In this document: piece by piece, positions 13,805 through 25,782 of the stretch
Layout of the letters: the number at the start of each line of letters is the position of its first letter
Position numbering within the stretch: position 1 is the stretch's first letter
Assembly (NCBI GenBank): GCA_951406725.2
Contig: OX597823.1
Span: forward strand, 49,352,001 to 49,416,000
Direction: 5' to 3'
DNA from: Octopus vulgaris
Lineage: Eukaryota
Length of the DNA stretch: 64,000 nt
Notes under the pieces: generated by a model
Seen by the model: the letters and a program-made list of their open reading frames with translations, nothing else
The model's database searches: none
Told to the model about the DNA's origin: nothing
Position numbers and translations under genes: made by a program

Positions 13805-14015
13805 TGTGGAAGACATATATATAAAAAGTGGAAGAGAAATGCCTTCATTTCACATAGTTTAATATCTTTTTATTAAGAAATTTTTTTATATATACATATT
13901 TTATGGATGTCGTGATATCCAACATTGTGAAGTAATCAATTCTTGTGACTAAAAAGATATTAAACTATGTGAATCAAAAGCATTTCTTGTCCACTTTTTA
14001 TATATATTTTCCACA
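13805..14015. repeat. Inverted-repeat element, ~65-bp arms
   Basis: tgtggaagacatatatataaaaagtgga...ttcacatagtttaatatctttt pairs with aaaagatattaaactatgtgaa...tccactttttatatatattttccaca. Confidence 0.85.
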
Positions 14016-14024
14016 TATATAAAC

Positions 14025-14612
14025 TGTCATGGTTTTACAAGATTGTCAGCAATGAAGGACATGTGATGCCTCCTTCTTTCCACAAAGCTTTAGAGTTAAC
14101 TCTGCCACATACATTGAGGTCCTGGAAATAATTGTTAAGCCTTGGAAAGACAGTGTATGCAATGAAAGGCTATATGTGCATGACTATGCATTATCACATA
14201 TGGCTCTAGTAACCCAGGAATGGATGATTGAAAATTTTCATGATCACATAACCCCTATCGTTTGGCCAGATCTCAATCCATTGAACTATTATATGTAGAG
14301 CGTTGAGAGAGAGATCAATGAACATGCCCATAACACCAAATATTCTTTGAAAGTTGCCATAGTCAGAGTAATGTTCAAAATGAACCAGGATCACTTGATT
14401 CGAGCATGTAAATGATTTAAATCCCATATAGAAGCAGTTGTTGAAGTTGAAGGTGGCTTTATTGAATAACATTATAGGAACGAAGGTTTATTTTTATCCT
14501 CATAACATTTTTTGATAAATAAAGTTATTATCTGTTATTATATATATGTTGTTTTATAAAAATAAATCATCATCATCATCATCTATCCACACAAATATCT
14601 TACGCACCCTAT
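14025..14612 (+). mobile_element. Decayed maT-like transposon, 3' part
   Basis: Broken translation VSNEGHVMPP..RVNSATYIEVLEIIVKPW..VTQEWMIENFHDHI..PDLNPLNYY; terminal 'cttacgcaccctata'; homologous to 35271-36322. Confidence 0.75.
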
Positions 14613-14977
14613 ATACACACATGTACACACACGTATACACTCACATACACACACACATACTTACACATTCTTGTGTATGTCTATTCTCCACTTCCTGTTA
14701 AAATCTTCTTATGTTTTCTCCATATTCTCTATGCTTTCAGCTGAAAGCAAATACATTGTTATGCAGCTCATATCAACACGTTAGCACAATCAAGTTACCT
14801 GCACAGTTTCTGATTTCACTTCAGTAACTGCAGAAGTTTCAAAACAATGCACAAATTAATCGATAAATAATACAGCCCTTACATGTATGTATGTATGTAT
14901 GTATGTATGTATGTATGTATGTATGTATGTATGTGTGTGTGTATGTGTAAACATATATGCATAAATTAATATATATA

Positions 14978-15290
14978 TCTTAATATATAAAACTTCGAAT
15001 GTGTCTGTATGTGTGTCTGTCTGTGTGAATCCCTAAAACTCAAGAACTACCCAACCAATTTCATTCAAATTTTACACATGCCTTATTTAGGGTCCATGCA
15101 GTGTCATGGGCCCCACAAAAATCTTCAACTTCTTGCCTAATGTGAGCCCAGAGCAATCTTTTATCTCTTACACTATTTCAGTATTACGTGTCAAAATTGA
15201 AATAATATCTCTTGTAATGTGAGATAATTTCAGTTCAAAAGTTTCACTATTAATACCAAAACTATTAAAGTGAAACTATTATCTCACATA
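14978..15290 (+). mobile_element. Helitron-like 5' fragment
   Basis: Starts A|TCTTAATATATAAAA, then (TGTC)-type repeats and 'ccaatttcattcaaattttacaca'; no 3' CTAG end seen. Confidence 0.55.
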
Positions 15291-15315
15291 TATACATGCA
15301 TACATATATGTATAC

Positions 15316-15353
<38 letters not shown>

Positions 15354-15522
15354 CCTTACAAAGGTAATAATTATTTAAAATTATAAATTAGGGTATCTGA
15401 GAGATACCACTACGCTGAAATAGCAGTCAAAACCAGACTCTAAAACCACATTAAATGTTCATATAGCAATAGGAGAGAAGACAAAGAGACAAAATAAACT
15501 AGCAAAAAAATTTTACTGGATA

Positions 15523-15581
15523 ATTCCAGATCCTGGATTTCTGGCTTTGCATAAGAGATGCTCTGCCTTCTTCAGTGGAAT
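15523..15581 (-). ncRNA. Type I hammerhead ribozyme motif
   Basis: ATTCCA-CTGAAGA-AGGC...GCCA-GAAA-TCCAGGA-TC-TGGAAT: 6-bp stem I, AUC site, near-palindromic stem III; the stem II closing pair is mismatched. Confidence 0.65.
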
Positions 15582-15992
15582 ATACTCAGATAGCACATAA
15601 ATACAAATATATATATAGACAACATATGATATACTTACATATACGAACGTCTATACATACATATATATGCACATATGTACACAGCCAGCTTAAATTGCGT
15701 GCCTAACAACTACTCATGCAATATGGTCAGAATAAACACCGCAGTGAATATAATGACGAAATATATAAATTCATATGAATAAGGATAAGATCGATATTTA
15801 AAGTGGTAATGTTTAAGGCTGAGTGGAGACATAAGCTACCTTGTTTGAGGTATAAGGATGCAGTTGTGCACCAGTAGCCAGCTGGAAAAGATGTTTTCCT
15901 AGGGCTAAAAAAGGTAGTAACATCGTTCTAATCAGGACTGCCACTTTACTTCGCACTCCAAGATTGAAAAATTTTAAACTAATTGTTTTCCT

Positions 15993-16029
<37 letters not shown>

Positions 16030-16182
16030 ATTTGCCAACACAACATGATAGTCTTCTGCAGGACGATGCTGCTACTTTTAGCCCAGGAAAACATTTTCTC
16101 CACCTGGCTACCAACACATGATCTGTGTCCATATACTGTGAGCAAGCGAGTCTACTACTCCCTTTCTAGCCACACTTACACG

Positions 16183-16232
<50 letters not shown>

Positions 16233-17091
16233 TATATACATATATATATACACATACACACAGTGTGGAGCAAAGAGAACAGACGTTTTTGAAAAATTCT
16301 CAAAATCATTAATTTTAGCTGCAAACAAATTTGAATGTGTTTGTATTGAATTAACATTTGTCATAAGCGAATGTGGAAAGCAACATCCATCATGTCGTGT
16401 CTGTTTTCATTGATGCATTTCTGAAGGTGTTCTTGGAAGTTAGCTTCTACTCTCCCCAGCATTGCTCTGTCGATATGGGTGACTTATACATGAATGCCTT
16501 CCTTCAAATCGTCCAGTGTACAGGGCTTATGCACATACACATGTGCCTTGAGGTTTTCCCACAAAAAATAATCACACATGTACAAATCAGGGTACCAAGG
16601 GCACCAAGGAATGTCAGCAAACCTGGGAATGAGGTGGTCACCGAAAAGAGGATGAAGAACGTCCATTGATGCTCTGGCTGTGTGGGCCACTGCCCCATCC
16701 TACTGAAACCACAGGTGTATGTTTTCATTGTTAGTCAAAGAAGTTGTTTATCATTTTGATATAACATTTGGAGTTCAAAGTAACAACATTTCCATTATTA
16801 TCTTCAAAAAATTAAGGGCTAATGACAGCAGCTTTTCTAACAGCAGACCATACCATCACTTTTGGGCTGTCCAGTGGTCTTTCATGCAGTTCTCTCAGAT
16901 TTTCAAGAGCCCAATAACGACAGTTCTGTTAATTCACCATACCATTCAGATGAAAATGAGCTTCATCATTCATTAACAAAATGAGGTTGTCGTTGCTTCA
17001 AAAATTGCTTCCATCTGACATGCAAAGTTAAGCCACTGTGCATAGTTCCATAGTTTCAACTGATGCCCAATGATCAATTTGTATGGATAGA

Positions 17092-17133
<42 letters not shown>

Positions 17134-17194
17134 TGTGTACAGTGCTCAGGTGCACTACAACTCATCTAAAGTGTATATATAATCAGGTGTAGTT

Positions 17195-19114
17195 TCAACG
17201 GATTTCGGGAAGCATGAGGGCCTTAAAGGATGCAGTGTCATGGCAGTCAACAACTGATGCAGGCAGTTTATTCCACGCTTCAGCAACCCTGAGCGTGAAA
17301 AAATGTTTCCGAAAGTCATGGGAGCTGTGCTGTTTTCTGACTTTGTAGGCATGTCCACGTGTGTTAGACACATGGAGATCAAAAAGGTGTTCAGTGTTGT
17401 TGTTGGTGAGGTGGTTGATAACCTTGTGGGTGTTTACCAAGTCCGTCGCCAGACGCCGGAGCTTCAGTGAATCCATGCCCAGGGAAACAAGGCGCTCAGA
17501 ATATGGTAGGTGTCTGATGGAGGGTATGCGTTTGGTTGCACGTCTCTGGACAGATTCCAGGAGGTCAATGTTCTGAGCAAGATAGGGATTCCAAACTGAT
17601 GATGCGAATTCCAAGTGTGGTCGTACCATAGCTGTATACAGTTTTAAATAGATGGCTGGAGAGCGGCTAACAAAAGTCTTGCTGAGTGATGCCAAGACAC
17701 CCTCGGCCTTCTTGACAATTTTAGAGATATGCTTTGTCCAACGCAAATCACTGCTGACAGTGATGCCTAGGTCATGCTCGCAAGAGGATTTCTTGATATC
17801 AGTGTTGTGGAGGGAGTATGTGGACGCAGGGTTTTTTCTCCCAAAATGCATGGTGGTACACTTGTCCACAGCCAGTTTCAGTTGCCAGTCTGTGATCCAT
17901 TGCTGCATTGTGTCTAGGTCTGATTGCAGGAAAGAGTTGTAGACATCAGGATCAGTCCTCTTGATTTCAAGGTACAGCTTGATGTCGTCTGCATATTTCA
18001 ATACTGTGGCATTCTTTAAATTGGCATCTATGTCATTAATGTATGCCACAAACAGGAGGGGACCAAGGACAGATCCCTGTGGTACACCCGATGACATCTC
18101 ATATGGTGTAGAGTGCTGTCCTAGAACTGTGACTACCTCCTTTCGGCTGAGGATGAAGGATTTCAACCAGTTAAAAAGGTCATCCCCCACACCCATTGCA
18201 GAGAGTTTCACCATAAGCCTTTTGTGTGGCACAGAGTTGAAAGCCTTAGCAAAGTCAAGGTAGACAACATCCACCCATGAGCCACTGTCAGTGATCTGAG
18301 TAATGTCCTCAAGGAACTCGACAAGCTGGTCACTGCAGCTGGAGTTAGGGACAAATCCATATTGTGAGGGTCGGATGAGACTGTGAGAGCTCCAGAAGTT
18401 CCAGAGTGTTTCTCTGACACACGATTCCATCAGTTTTGCAATACAGCTAGTGAGACTGACTGGGCGATAGTTGACAGGTGATGTGCGGTCACCCTTTTTG
18501 AACAGAGGAATGACACTGGCAGTTTTCCACTGCTCCGGAGTAGCACCATTGTTGAGACAGTACTGGAAGAAAATAGAAAGCTGGTGTAAAAGGAAGTGCC
18601 TGCCACGTTTGAGAAGCAGGTATGTAACTCCATCGAGACCAGGGGAGGCATAGTTGCGCTTATTTTGAAGGTGACGTCGCAGCATTGCAGGTGTAAATTC
18701 CATAGTTGTTATGGAGTTTGCTGTTAGTGATGGTGAAGATGGTACATTTTGACTTTCGACAGTGAATATGTTTGCATAGCACTCGGCAATGAGTTCTGCG
18801 CATTCCTTGGGGTCGTCAGTGATCTGGTTCGTGTGAGGGTTGCGAAGAGGGCCCACTGGAGAGTGAGGTCTCTGCTTTGAATGCACATATTTCCAGAAAA
18901 CCTTGCTGTCAGGATTGGCTGCTATGCACTGTTCAAATTCAAGCACTGCATTTTTTGTCACTTGCTTGAGATGGTTGGAGGATTTATTCCGCTTCTTCCT
19001 GTTGGTGTCTGATTTATGCAACTTGTATTCCTGTTCAGCAGTCCGACGTTCCTTCCTGGCAAGTCGGACCGCTGAAGTTTCCCAAATTGCCCTTTGGGGC
19101 GGTTCTTCTTTTTT
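17195..19114 (-). CDS. LINE ORF2 reverse transcriptase portion (-1 frame relative to the endonuclease portion)
   Basis: Motifs NYRPVSLTS, QYGF, YLDFAKAFNSV, GVPQGSVLGPLLF, YADD and a CR1-type C-terminus TRGH..FF..RV..WN.LP; frame stays open upstream of the track start to ~19117. Confidence 0.95.
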   Translation of the reverse strand, partial: KKEEPPQRAIWETSAVRLARKERRTAEQEYKLHKSDTNRKKRNKSSNHLKQVTKNAVLEFEQCIAANPDSKVFWKYVHSKQRPHSPVGPLRNPHTNQITDDPKECAELIAECYANIFTVESQNVPSSPSLTANSITTMEFTPAMLRRHLQNKRNYASPGLDGVTYLLLKRGRHFLLHQLSIFFQYCLNNGATPEQWKTASVIPLFKKGDRTSPVNYRPVSLTSCIAKLMESCVRETLWNFWSSHSLIRPSQYGFVPNSSCSDQLVEFLEDITQITDSGSWVDVVYLDFAKAFNSVPHKRLMVKLSAMGVGDDLFNWLKSFILSRKEVVTVLGQHSTPYEMSSGVPQGSVLGPLLFVAYINDIDANLKNATVLKYADDIKLYLEIKRTDPDVYNSFLQSDLDTMQQWITDWQLKLAVDKCTTMHFGRKNPASTYSLHNTDIKKSSCEHDLGITVSSDLRWTKHISKIVKKAEGVLASLSKTFVSRSPAIYLKLYTAMVRPHLEFASSVWNPYLAQNIDLLESVQRRATKRIPSIRHLPYSERLVSLGMDSLKLRRLATDLVNTHKVINHLTNNNTEHLFDLHVSNTRGHAYKVRKQHSSHDFRKHFFTLRVAEAWNKLPASVVDCHDTASFKALMLPEIR

Positions 19115-20052
19115 TGTTTACGTGGCACTGATGCTGCACATGCTGCCCATATTGAGTCCAGGATACTCTGGAGTATAGTATTCACATCTCCAGAGTTGTA
19201 GAATTCACGCCAGTTTGGGTGCTGTAGTTCAGTGTGGTACAGGTTCCAATCTGCTCTCTTCCAATCGAAGGAAGCAGATTGGAGATGGTTCAGGTGTTTG
19301 TTGCCCGCAAGAGCCAGATTGGCGATGATCATAGCATGATCAGAGTCACCTAGAGGTTCCTCCGTAGTGCAATTGATAACCGCTTCAGGAGTTGTGGTGA
19401 AGAGCAGGTCCAAGGTGTTGTCGCCTCTTGTTGGAGAGGTGACTACTTGGGACCAGTTTGAGTCCAGCACAAGCTCAACAAAATCGTTTGCACTCTGTGG
19501 CCAACGGAAGGTTTCCCAATCGATCTCAGGATGATTGAAATCGCCTGCAATAAACACATAAGTGGCTGTTTTCCTGGCTGCAGCTCGGAGGATGTTGCAA
19601 AGCTGTGTGTCCTGATGGTAATTTGGGGGACGATAAACAACGCCAAGCAGGAGTGTTGACATGGTCATACGTACGTCACAGAAAAAAACTTCTTGTGATT
19701 CGTTCAAATCGGCACAAGGAATTACCAAAAAATTTGAACGAACGTAGACCATCACACCACCACCACGGCGGTTAGTGCGGTCCTTACGGAAGAGGTTGTA
19801 CCCCGTGATGTTGAAAACCCCATCACAGAGTAAGGAATGCGCCCATGTTTCCGTGACAGTGATGAAGTCAGGGTCAACACTTCTGACGTAGGCGTTGAAC
19901 AAATGTATTTTGTTGCATAAACTGCGAGCATTTAAGGACAACAATTTGTACCCTGCTCGCAGTTTATAATGGTGTGTGGAGGATGGCAGATTGTCCTGGC
20001 TTAGTTTCCCTGAGTTGCTGTAATCTTTTTTATTATTGTGGGTAGAGAGCAC
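18958..20052 (-). CDS. LINE ORF2 apurinic-like endonuclease portion (no AUG before the domain)
   Basis: Motifs LNARSL.NK, VTETW, RKDR..RRGGGV, VYRPP, AGDFN, TRGDNTLDL, SDH. Confidence 0.93.
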   Translation of the reverse strand: MLSTHNNKKDYSNSGKLSQDNLPSSTHHYKLRAGYKLLSLNARSLCNKIHLFNAYVRSVDPDFITVTETWAHSLLCDGVFNITGYNLFRKDRTNRRGGGVMVYVRSNFLVIPCADLNESQEVFFCDVRMTMSTLLLGVVYRPPNYHQDTQLCNILRAAARKTATYVFIAGDFNHPEIDWETFRWPQSANDFVELVLDSNWSQVVTSPTRGDNTLDLLFTTTPEAVINCTTEEPLGDSDHAMIIANLALAGNKHLNHLQSASFDWKRADWNLYHTELQHPNWREFYNSGDVNTILQSILDSIWAACAASVPRKQKKKNRPKGQFGKLQRSDLPGRNVGLLNRNTSCINQTPTGRSGINPPTISSK

Positions 20053-21119
20053 TCAGACCAGCTGGTATCTCTCTTCCACGTTTCATCAGTCTTGACAAAT
20101 CTCCAGATTTGTCCATCTTCCCGAAGACTGAAGCTTTCCTGTAGAGCTGAGTTCCTATTCAGGGAAGCCGCTACACGTAGCTTCGGACGTAGATCGGACG
20201 GTAAGCCTGGGCGTGTTCGGAAGGTGGTCCGATTTTCACGCCCAGCTTTAACTGAGGCCAGATGGTAAGAGGTTGCCTCAGTGTGGTCCGAAAAAGACAG
20301 CTTGATGAGCCTAGGTTTTGGGCCAGGTCGTCCAAGGCGGATAGCACCCGTTGGGGGAACGCAGCCTAGGTCTTTGGCTGAGTTGGCAGCAAATGCCTGA
20401 AGATCAGCCATGTCTTCAGGCACCCCAATGGCAATGACTTCATGGGTAGCAGAATCCGCGGTCTTAGATGCGACAAGAGGTACAGGTACAGGGAGGTTCT
20501 TTAGCAGAGCATTCCGATAAGATCCCTCATTGTGGAGTCCAACCTGAATGGTTGCTTTTATTCCTGCTACTTCCCCTCTTAAAGCACAGATCGATTGTTG
20601 CAGTTCTGCAAGAACCGCACTGGTCAATTGGTGTTGTTGTTGTTGCTGCTGCTGCTCTGGTTGTGGTTGATTTTGTTGTTGCTGCTGTTGTTGTTGATGT
20701 TGTTGTTGCTGCTGCTCTGGTTGTGGTTGATTTTGTTGTTGCTGCTGTTGTTGTTGTTGCTGCTGCTCTGGTTGTGGTTGATTTTGTTGTTGCTGCTGTT
20801 GTTGTTGTTGCTGCTGCTGCTGCTCTAGTTGTGGTTGATTTTGTTGTTGCTGCTGTTGCTGTTCCGCCTCCTCCACGGGAGTGGCAGGGGGAGACACAAT
20901 CGTCGGTTGTGGAGGCACACAGGCCTGACACTGAAAAGTCCAAGATTTAAGCTGAACCATCTTACATAGTCTATCCATCATAGCATTATGATGGCTCTTT
21001 TTTTGGCCTGGGATCTTCTGAAAGTCCGTGGCACATTGGAGGCAGACAGAGATGAGGCATGTCCCACATTCGACCCAGCGATTACGGAACGTATTTTCGG
21101 GTTCCGTACAGGTCTTCAT
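20001..21119 (-). CDS. LINE ORF1, N-terminally truncated: partial Cys-rich finger, polyQ repeats, coiled coil, CR1-like C-terminal domain
   Basis: WVECGTC...CLQC...FQCQAC, (Qn-NQPQ[P/L]E)x4, IRLGRPGPKPRLIKLSF; the first ~4 codons come from the flanking transposon. Confidence 0.85.
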   Translation of the reverse strand: MKTCTEPENTFRNRWVECGTCLISVCLQCATDFQKIPGQKKSHHNAMMDRLCKMVQLKSWTFQCQACVPPQPTIVSPPATPVEEAEQQQQQQQNQPQLEQQQQQQQQQQQQQNQPQPEQQQQQQQQQQQNQPQPEQQQQQHQQQQQQQQNQPQPEQQQQQQQHQLTSAVLAELQQSICALRGEVAGIKATIQVGLHNEGSYRNALLKNLPVPVPLVASKTADSATHEVIAIGVPEDMADLQAFAANSAKDLGCVPPTGAIRLGRPGPKPRLIKLSFSDHTEATSYHLASVKAGRENRTTFRTRPGLPSDLRPKLRVAASLNRNSALQESFSLREDGQIWRFVKTDETWKRDTSWSECSLPTIIKKITATQGN

Positions 21120-21579
21120 GCAAAATACGCCTTACCAATCAATTACTGATGCCAAGTTCAGTGGAATGCCTCAGAGCAGAGCAATTCAGACTCGAAGCTT
21201 GTCTGATGTGTTCCACATTTTCCAGGGTTTGTACCATTCATGGTGCCCCCACCAGTCTCCTCTTCATTAGTGTACCTCATGTATGAAATGCATTCACCCA
21301 CTGTAAGTTTGTGTTACAGGTGAGAACAGCTTGATTTCGGTGAATGTGAAAGTGGCGCTGAAACTCACACCAAATTGCTGTGACAGATACATATTATTCT
21401 TCACGTAACTGAAATAGGCAAACACATAATGGTCTATTGTACACAGTGGCATGGCTTCACCTGAAAAGAAAAAAATTGCTAAGACACCATGGACCGAATG
21501 GTACATGTTGAACATTTGTCTCTCCCACTGGGGTTGAGTAATAGCCATTTCAAAAACGTCCATCTTCTCTGCTCTACTC

Positions 21580-21635
<56 letters not shown>

Positions 21636-22794
21636 GCACTTGTAGTAACTGACTAAAGGATAAAATTACCTGTGTTATCCCCGAGCAATGGTGTGCAAAG
21701 ACAACATATACGTCAAGCACAGGTGACAATAGGATAAACAAAAGTTTATCATGAACCAATACAAATAATTAGAAAATGGAGAAAAACATAGATTACTGGT
21801 ACATCGTTAGGACCACATTTAAAGCTTACACACATCTATATACACTAAAAACTATGCCAAAACATTCAATTGGAACCTGCTGGAGCTCTCTGGCTTGCCA
21901 GCACCTCTCAAACCCATGCCAGCATGGAAAACAGATGTTACATGATGATGATGATGATGATGATGATGAAAGTGATGTTGATGATGATAATGAGAGTACT
22001 GTTGCCACTTCTTAAGCCCATAACTATAATGTTGATATAACTCATTATCAAATATGTAAACTAATTATGTTTCTATTAGCAAGGTACCACCTTAATTAGC
22101 AAAAGACCAAAAAAAAAAAAAAAATGGTAAATGTTAAGTGATGGCTGTTATACATAACTTTAAAGAATTTTTTGAGATAATTTCCTGTTATCAAAATGTT
22201 GTATCTGTTACAGTTAATAATAAGTGATTAATAAGTTAAATTGTGTCACATGTTTTTCTTAAGCTGCTTTCGTTAAAGATTGGAGTTTCAAGTACCTTAC
22301 TTCTTTAAATGTTCCCTCATTAGAAATATTACCATTTAGTTAATTTCTAAAATGCAGTCACTCACTAAGAATGGAATCCAACTCTAATTATGAAATTCAT
22401 TTATTTTTAATTTTGTATTAATAAATATATACGGTATTTTTATGTAATCTTCAAGCTTATGGTGATCACCATGCAATGACTAAGGAAAATAGTTTAATAA
22501 CAGGGCATATAAGCCCTCGACAGAAAAAAGAAGGCTTTCCTATCCGTGTGGGATTCGAACCCACCTCCCTTTGTTAACGCAACTAATTGTGTTACCTTTA
22601 AGTGTGTAAAGGTAATACTAACTAATATAGTTCTTAAATTTGACAGAAAGCAGGAGGCTTTGGTCACCTCTCAGTGGAACTCCCCTCTATTGGGGAAGCA
22701 CATTTTTGGTTTAATATCCTTGTTAATTGTTGTTTTTTTTTGGGGGGGGGCACCAACCCTGACTTCATGACAATCACCAATAAAATTTTTAATT

Positions 22795-23240
22795 GATTTC
22801 AAATTTTGACTCAAGGCCAACAATTTCAGGGAATCATATAAGTTGATTGCATCAGTCTGAGTGTTCAACTGATACTTATTTTATCAACCCCAAAAGGACA
22901 AGAGACAAAGTTGACCTTGGCAGAATTTGAATTCAGAACATAAAGGTGGATGAAATGCCACTAAGCAGTTTGCCTAGTACGGTAACATTTCTGATACCTC
23001 ATTACCTTCACAAATATCTAATACTGATTTAAAATTTTGGCCTAAGGCCAGCAATTTCAGGAGCAGGGCTAAGTCAATTACATCCTCCCCAGTATTAAAC
23101 TGGTACTTATTTTATCAATCTTGAAAGGATCAAAGGCAAAGTTAACATCGGTGAAATTTGAACTCAACGTAAAGACGGATGAAATGCTGCTAAGCATTTT
23201 TCATGGCACACTAATGATTCTATCAGCTCATCACCTTCAT
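22795..23240 (-). mobile_element. Two tandem family B SINE copies
   Basis: Two consecutive copies of the family B block. Confidence 0.8.
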
Positions 23241-24784
23241 AAATATCTGATATTGAAGAATAGATATTCTCAAGAAGACCTTGATTTGGAGCATTGTAGT
23301 ATTTTAATTTGAATGCCTAAAGACATTTTCATTTTTTTTTTAAAAGATTACTAGGTATTTAGCTATGGCTTTGATATTTTGCATTCATATCCTGCTCAGG
23401 TTAACTTCATCTTTTATACTTTTGAGAATCCATAAAATAAAGTACTATTTAATAGCTTTATGATGCGAAGGAAATTACAATAGAAGAAGGCCTGCTTTCA
23501 TTTATTAATGTTTTATATACAATCTGAAAGCTTAGTATAGTTCCTGAAATATAGCATCCAACTTTAGCAAATTGTTGTAAATATAAAAACATTAAGTTCG
23601 TTTTTCATCTCACTTTCAAGAAAACATAACCAAAACTGTTGAAAATTTTTAAAGAATTATGTCTTAAAGATGATATTATTATGATGATGAAGACATAGTT
23701 GGAAAAATAATGTCATTTTGATAACAATACCATGTAAGAGAATGTCTCATAAAAGAAATTTTCTTTAATTTCAAAATTATTCAGCATGTAACAGAAATTT
23801 TATAAACAAGATCAAAATATTTAGATGTTATCAGCTGGATGCAATATATTTTCCATGTTAACTCATTTTAAAGAAAACAAAATAATATCTTACTGAAGTT
23901 TTGTGAGAACTATATAATTCTGATAAACATATTGCTTTGAAAGATTCTACAAACTTAAACATTTTTATGAATTATTGAAGTAGATGTTCACTATGAATTC
24001 TTAATAGTAATCTATATGGTTTGTATCTTCCACTGGAGTGAAATGCAGAGCATAGCTGAGTGATACATTGGTTGTCAAGAGGTTGTAAAACTTAGGAAAA
24101 TAATCCTCAGATATGAATTTACACATTAAATTAAATAACAAATAATCAACTATTGGGCGCAAAATACTTTGAATGTGGTGAAATTTCTGTAAAAACCTAC
24201 AATGTATGATAATCTTATTGTAACTTTCATCATCATCATCATCATCATCATTTAACATCTGTTTTCCATTCTGGCATGGTTTGGACACTTTGTCAAACTG
24301 GAGAGCTGCACCAGGCTCCAGTTGTCTGTTTTGGCATGGTTTCTATGACTGGATGCCCTTCCTAATGGCAACCAATATACAGAGTGTATTTGGTTGCCTC
24401 TTATGTGGTACCAGCACTGATGTTTTTTTATGTGGCATCCCTATATTTCATATTTTGTAAAATACATTTAATTTTGGCTACACACACGTGCCCAACACAC
24501 ACACACACACACACATACGTAGATATGACTCTGGTTAGGCGATCTCTTTGCAATTTTGTGGTTCCAGATTCATTCCTAATGCATGGCACTCAATAGCTTG
24601 AGAGTGAAATTGGAAAATAAAAATGGTACAGAAGCCAGTAATACATGTATATAGATGTATGTAGGTGAGTATGGTTGTGTGTATGTCTATGTTTTGGGGA
24701 AGAATCTCTGAGACTGTGGTTAAATTCCAGTAGGAATACAATGAGAATAAAAAAAAATTTACAGATAATGTTTGCATTGTCTTA

Positions 24785-24995
24785 AGACGGGAAGCTGGCA
24801 AAATCGTTAGCAAGCCAGACAAAATGTTAGCAGCATTTCGTCTGTCTTTACATTCGAGGTTCAAATTCCGCTGAGTTCAACTTTGCCTTTCATCCTTCTA
24901 GGGGTCAATAAAATAAGTACCTGCTGAGCACTGGGGACTGGTGTAATCAACTCAACCCCCCCCCAAACTTGCTAGCCTTGTGCCAAAATTTAGAA
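24785..24995 (+). mobile_element. SINE family B
   Basis: agctggcaaaatcgttagc...ggttcaaattcc...ctttcatcct...aagtacc...ccttgtgccaaaatttagaa. Confidence 0.85.
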
Positions 24996-25782
24996 CTGAT
25001 GCTTTCATTATCTCCCTTGTTTTATGCTTATACTTATCAAATTATTTATTATATATGGATGTTCTAAATGTTTTATTTGATATTGTATGTTTAATGCTAT
25101 ATGTTCAATGTTACATATTTAATGTAAAGTCTTTTAGATGTTTAATGTTTAATGTAATGACTAATTTCCACTTTTAAACAGCTTACCACACCTACTTATG
25201 ACAATAGCAAGAACAATGATGACAATATACTACATTGTTCCATGCTATAAAAACTGGTCACTAAACTCATCAATATTATAAAAGATTTCAAATGCTATTC
25301 ATTAGTAATGTATCATGTTTACTTCATGGGAGGTAATTGTTGAAATCCTTTGATAAAACCAATAGTGACTGTTTCAATTATGTAATACAATGGAGCAAAA
25401 TATGGTGAAATGTATGGTAACAATGTAAAATTACTTACATATGTTGAATATGTATATCCTTCGGTTTATATAAAATAAACAGGCTTTAATCACAAATCAC
25501 AACAATTGTTTCTGTGCAATGTTAACGGCTGTTAGTTGCTGAGTTTTCCATATCATATTATAACATAAAATTTCATTTAAATATTTACATAAATGAATAT
25601 GCTCCAGCAGCAACTGTGTACTGGCACTTCTTCAGGTGAGTGGGTATGATAGTATTTTGTTTTATGTATACATGTGTATGTGTGTGTATCCATGTCATTT
25701 GAGTATGTTACCTTGTATTTCTTTTGTTGACTTCCTGTGCAGCATTTTATTCTTGTATATATGTATATATATTTTTTATACA

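Larger units (their letters stand above)
17094..21106 (-). mobile_element. Young 5'-truncated CR1-group LINE with (TTA)n tail
   Basis: ORF1, APE endonuclease and RT without internal stops, short 3' UTR, (TTA)n tail at 17094-17131, higher GC than flanks; only 'TA' is duplicated at the junctions. Confidence 0.95.
16261..21581 (-). mobile_element. Decayed Tc1/mariner DD41D (rosa-type) transposon split by a LINE (parts 21107-21581 and 16261-17095)
   Basis: TIRs cagtgtggagcaaagagaacagacgtttttgaa / cagagtagagcagagaagatggacgtttttgaa. Transposase reads ...RRILHEDLY|FYPYKL... across the insertion. WFQ*DGA...PDLYMCDYFLW has 41 residues between the aspartates; multiple stops. Confidence 0.88.

Noticed and set aside
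20468-20950. Antisense and alternative-frame ORFs over LINE ORF1
   Set aside because: By-products of the CAG/CAA repeat and of a stop-poor coding strand.
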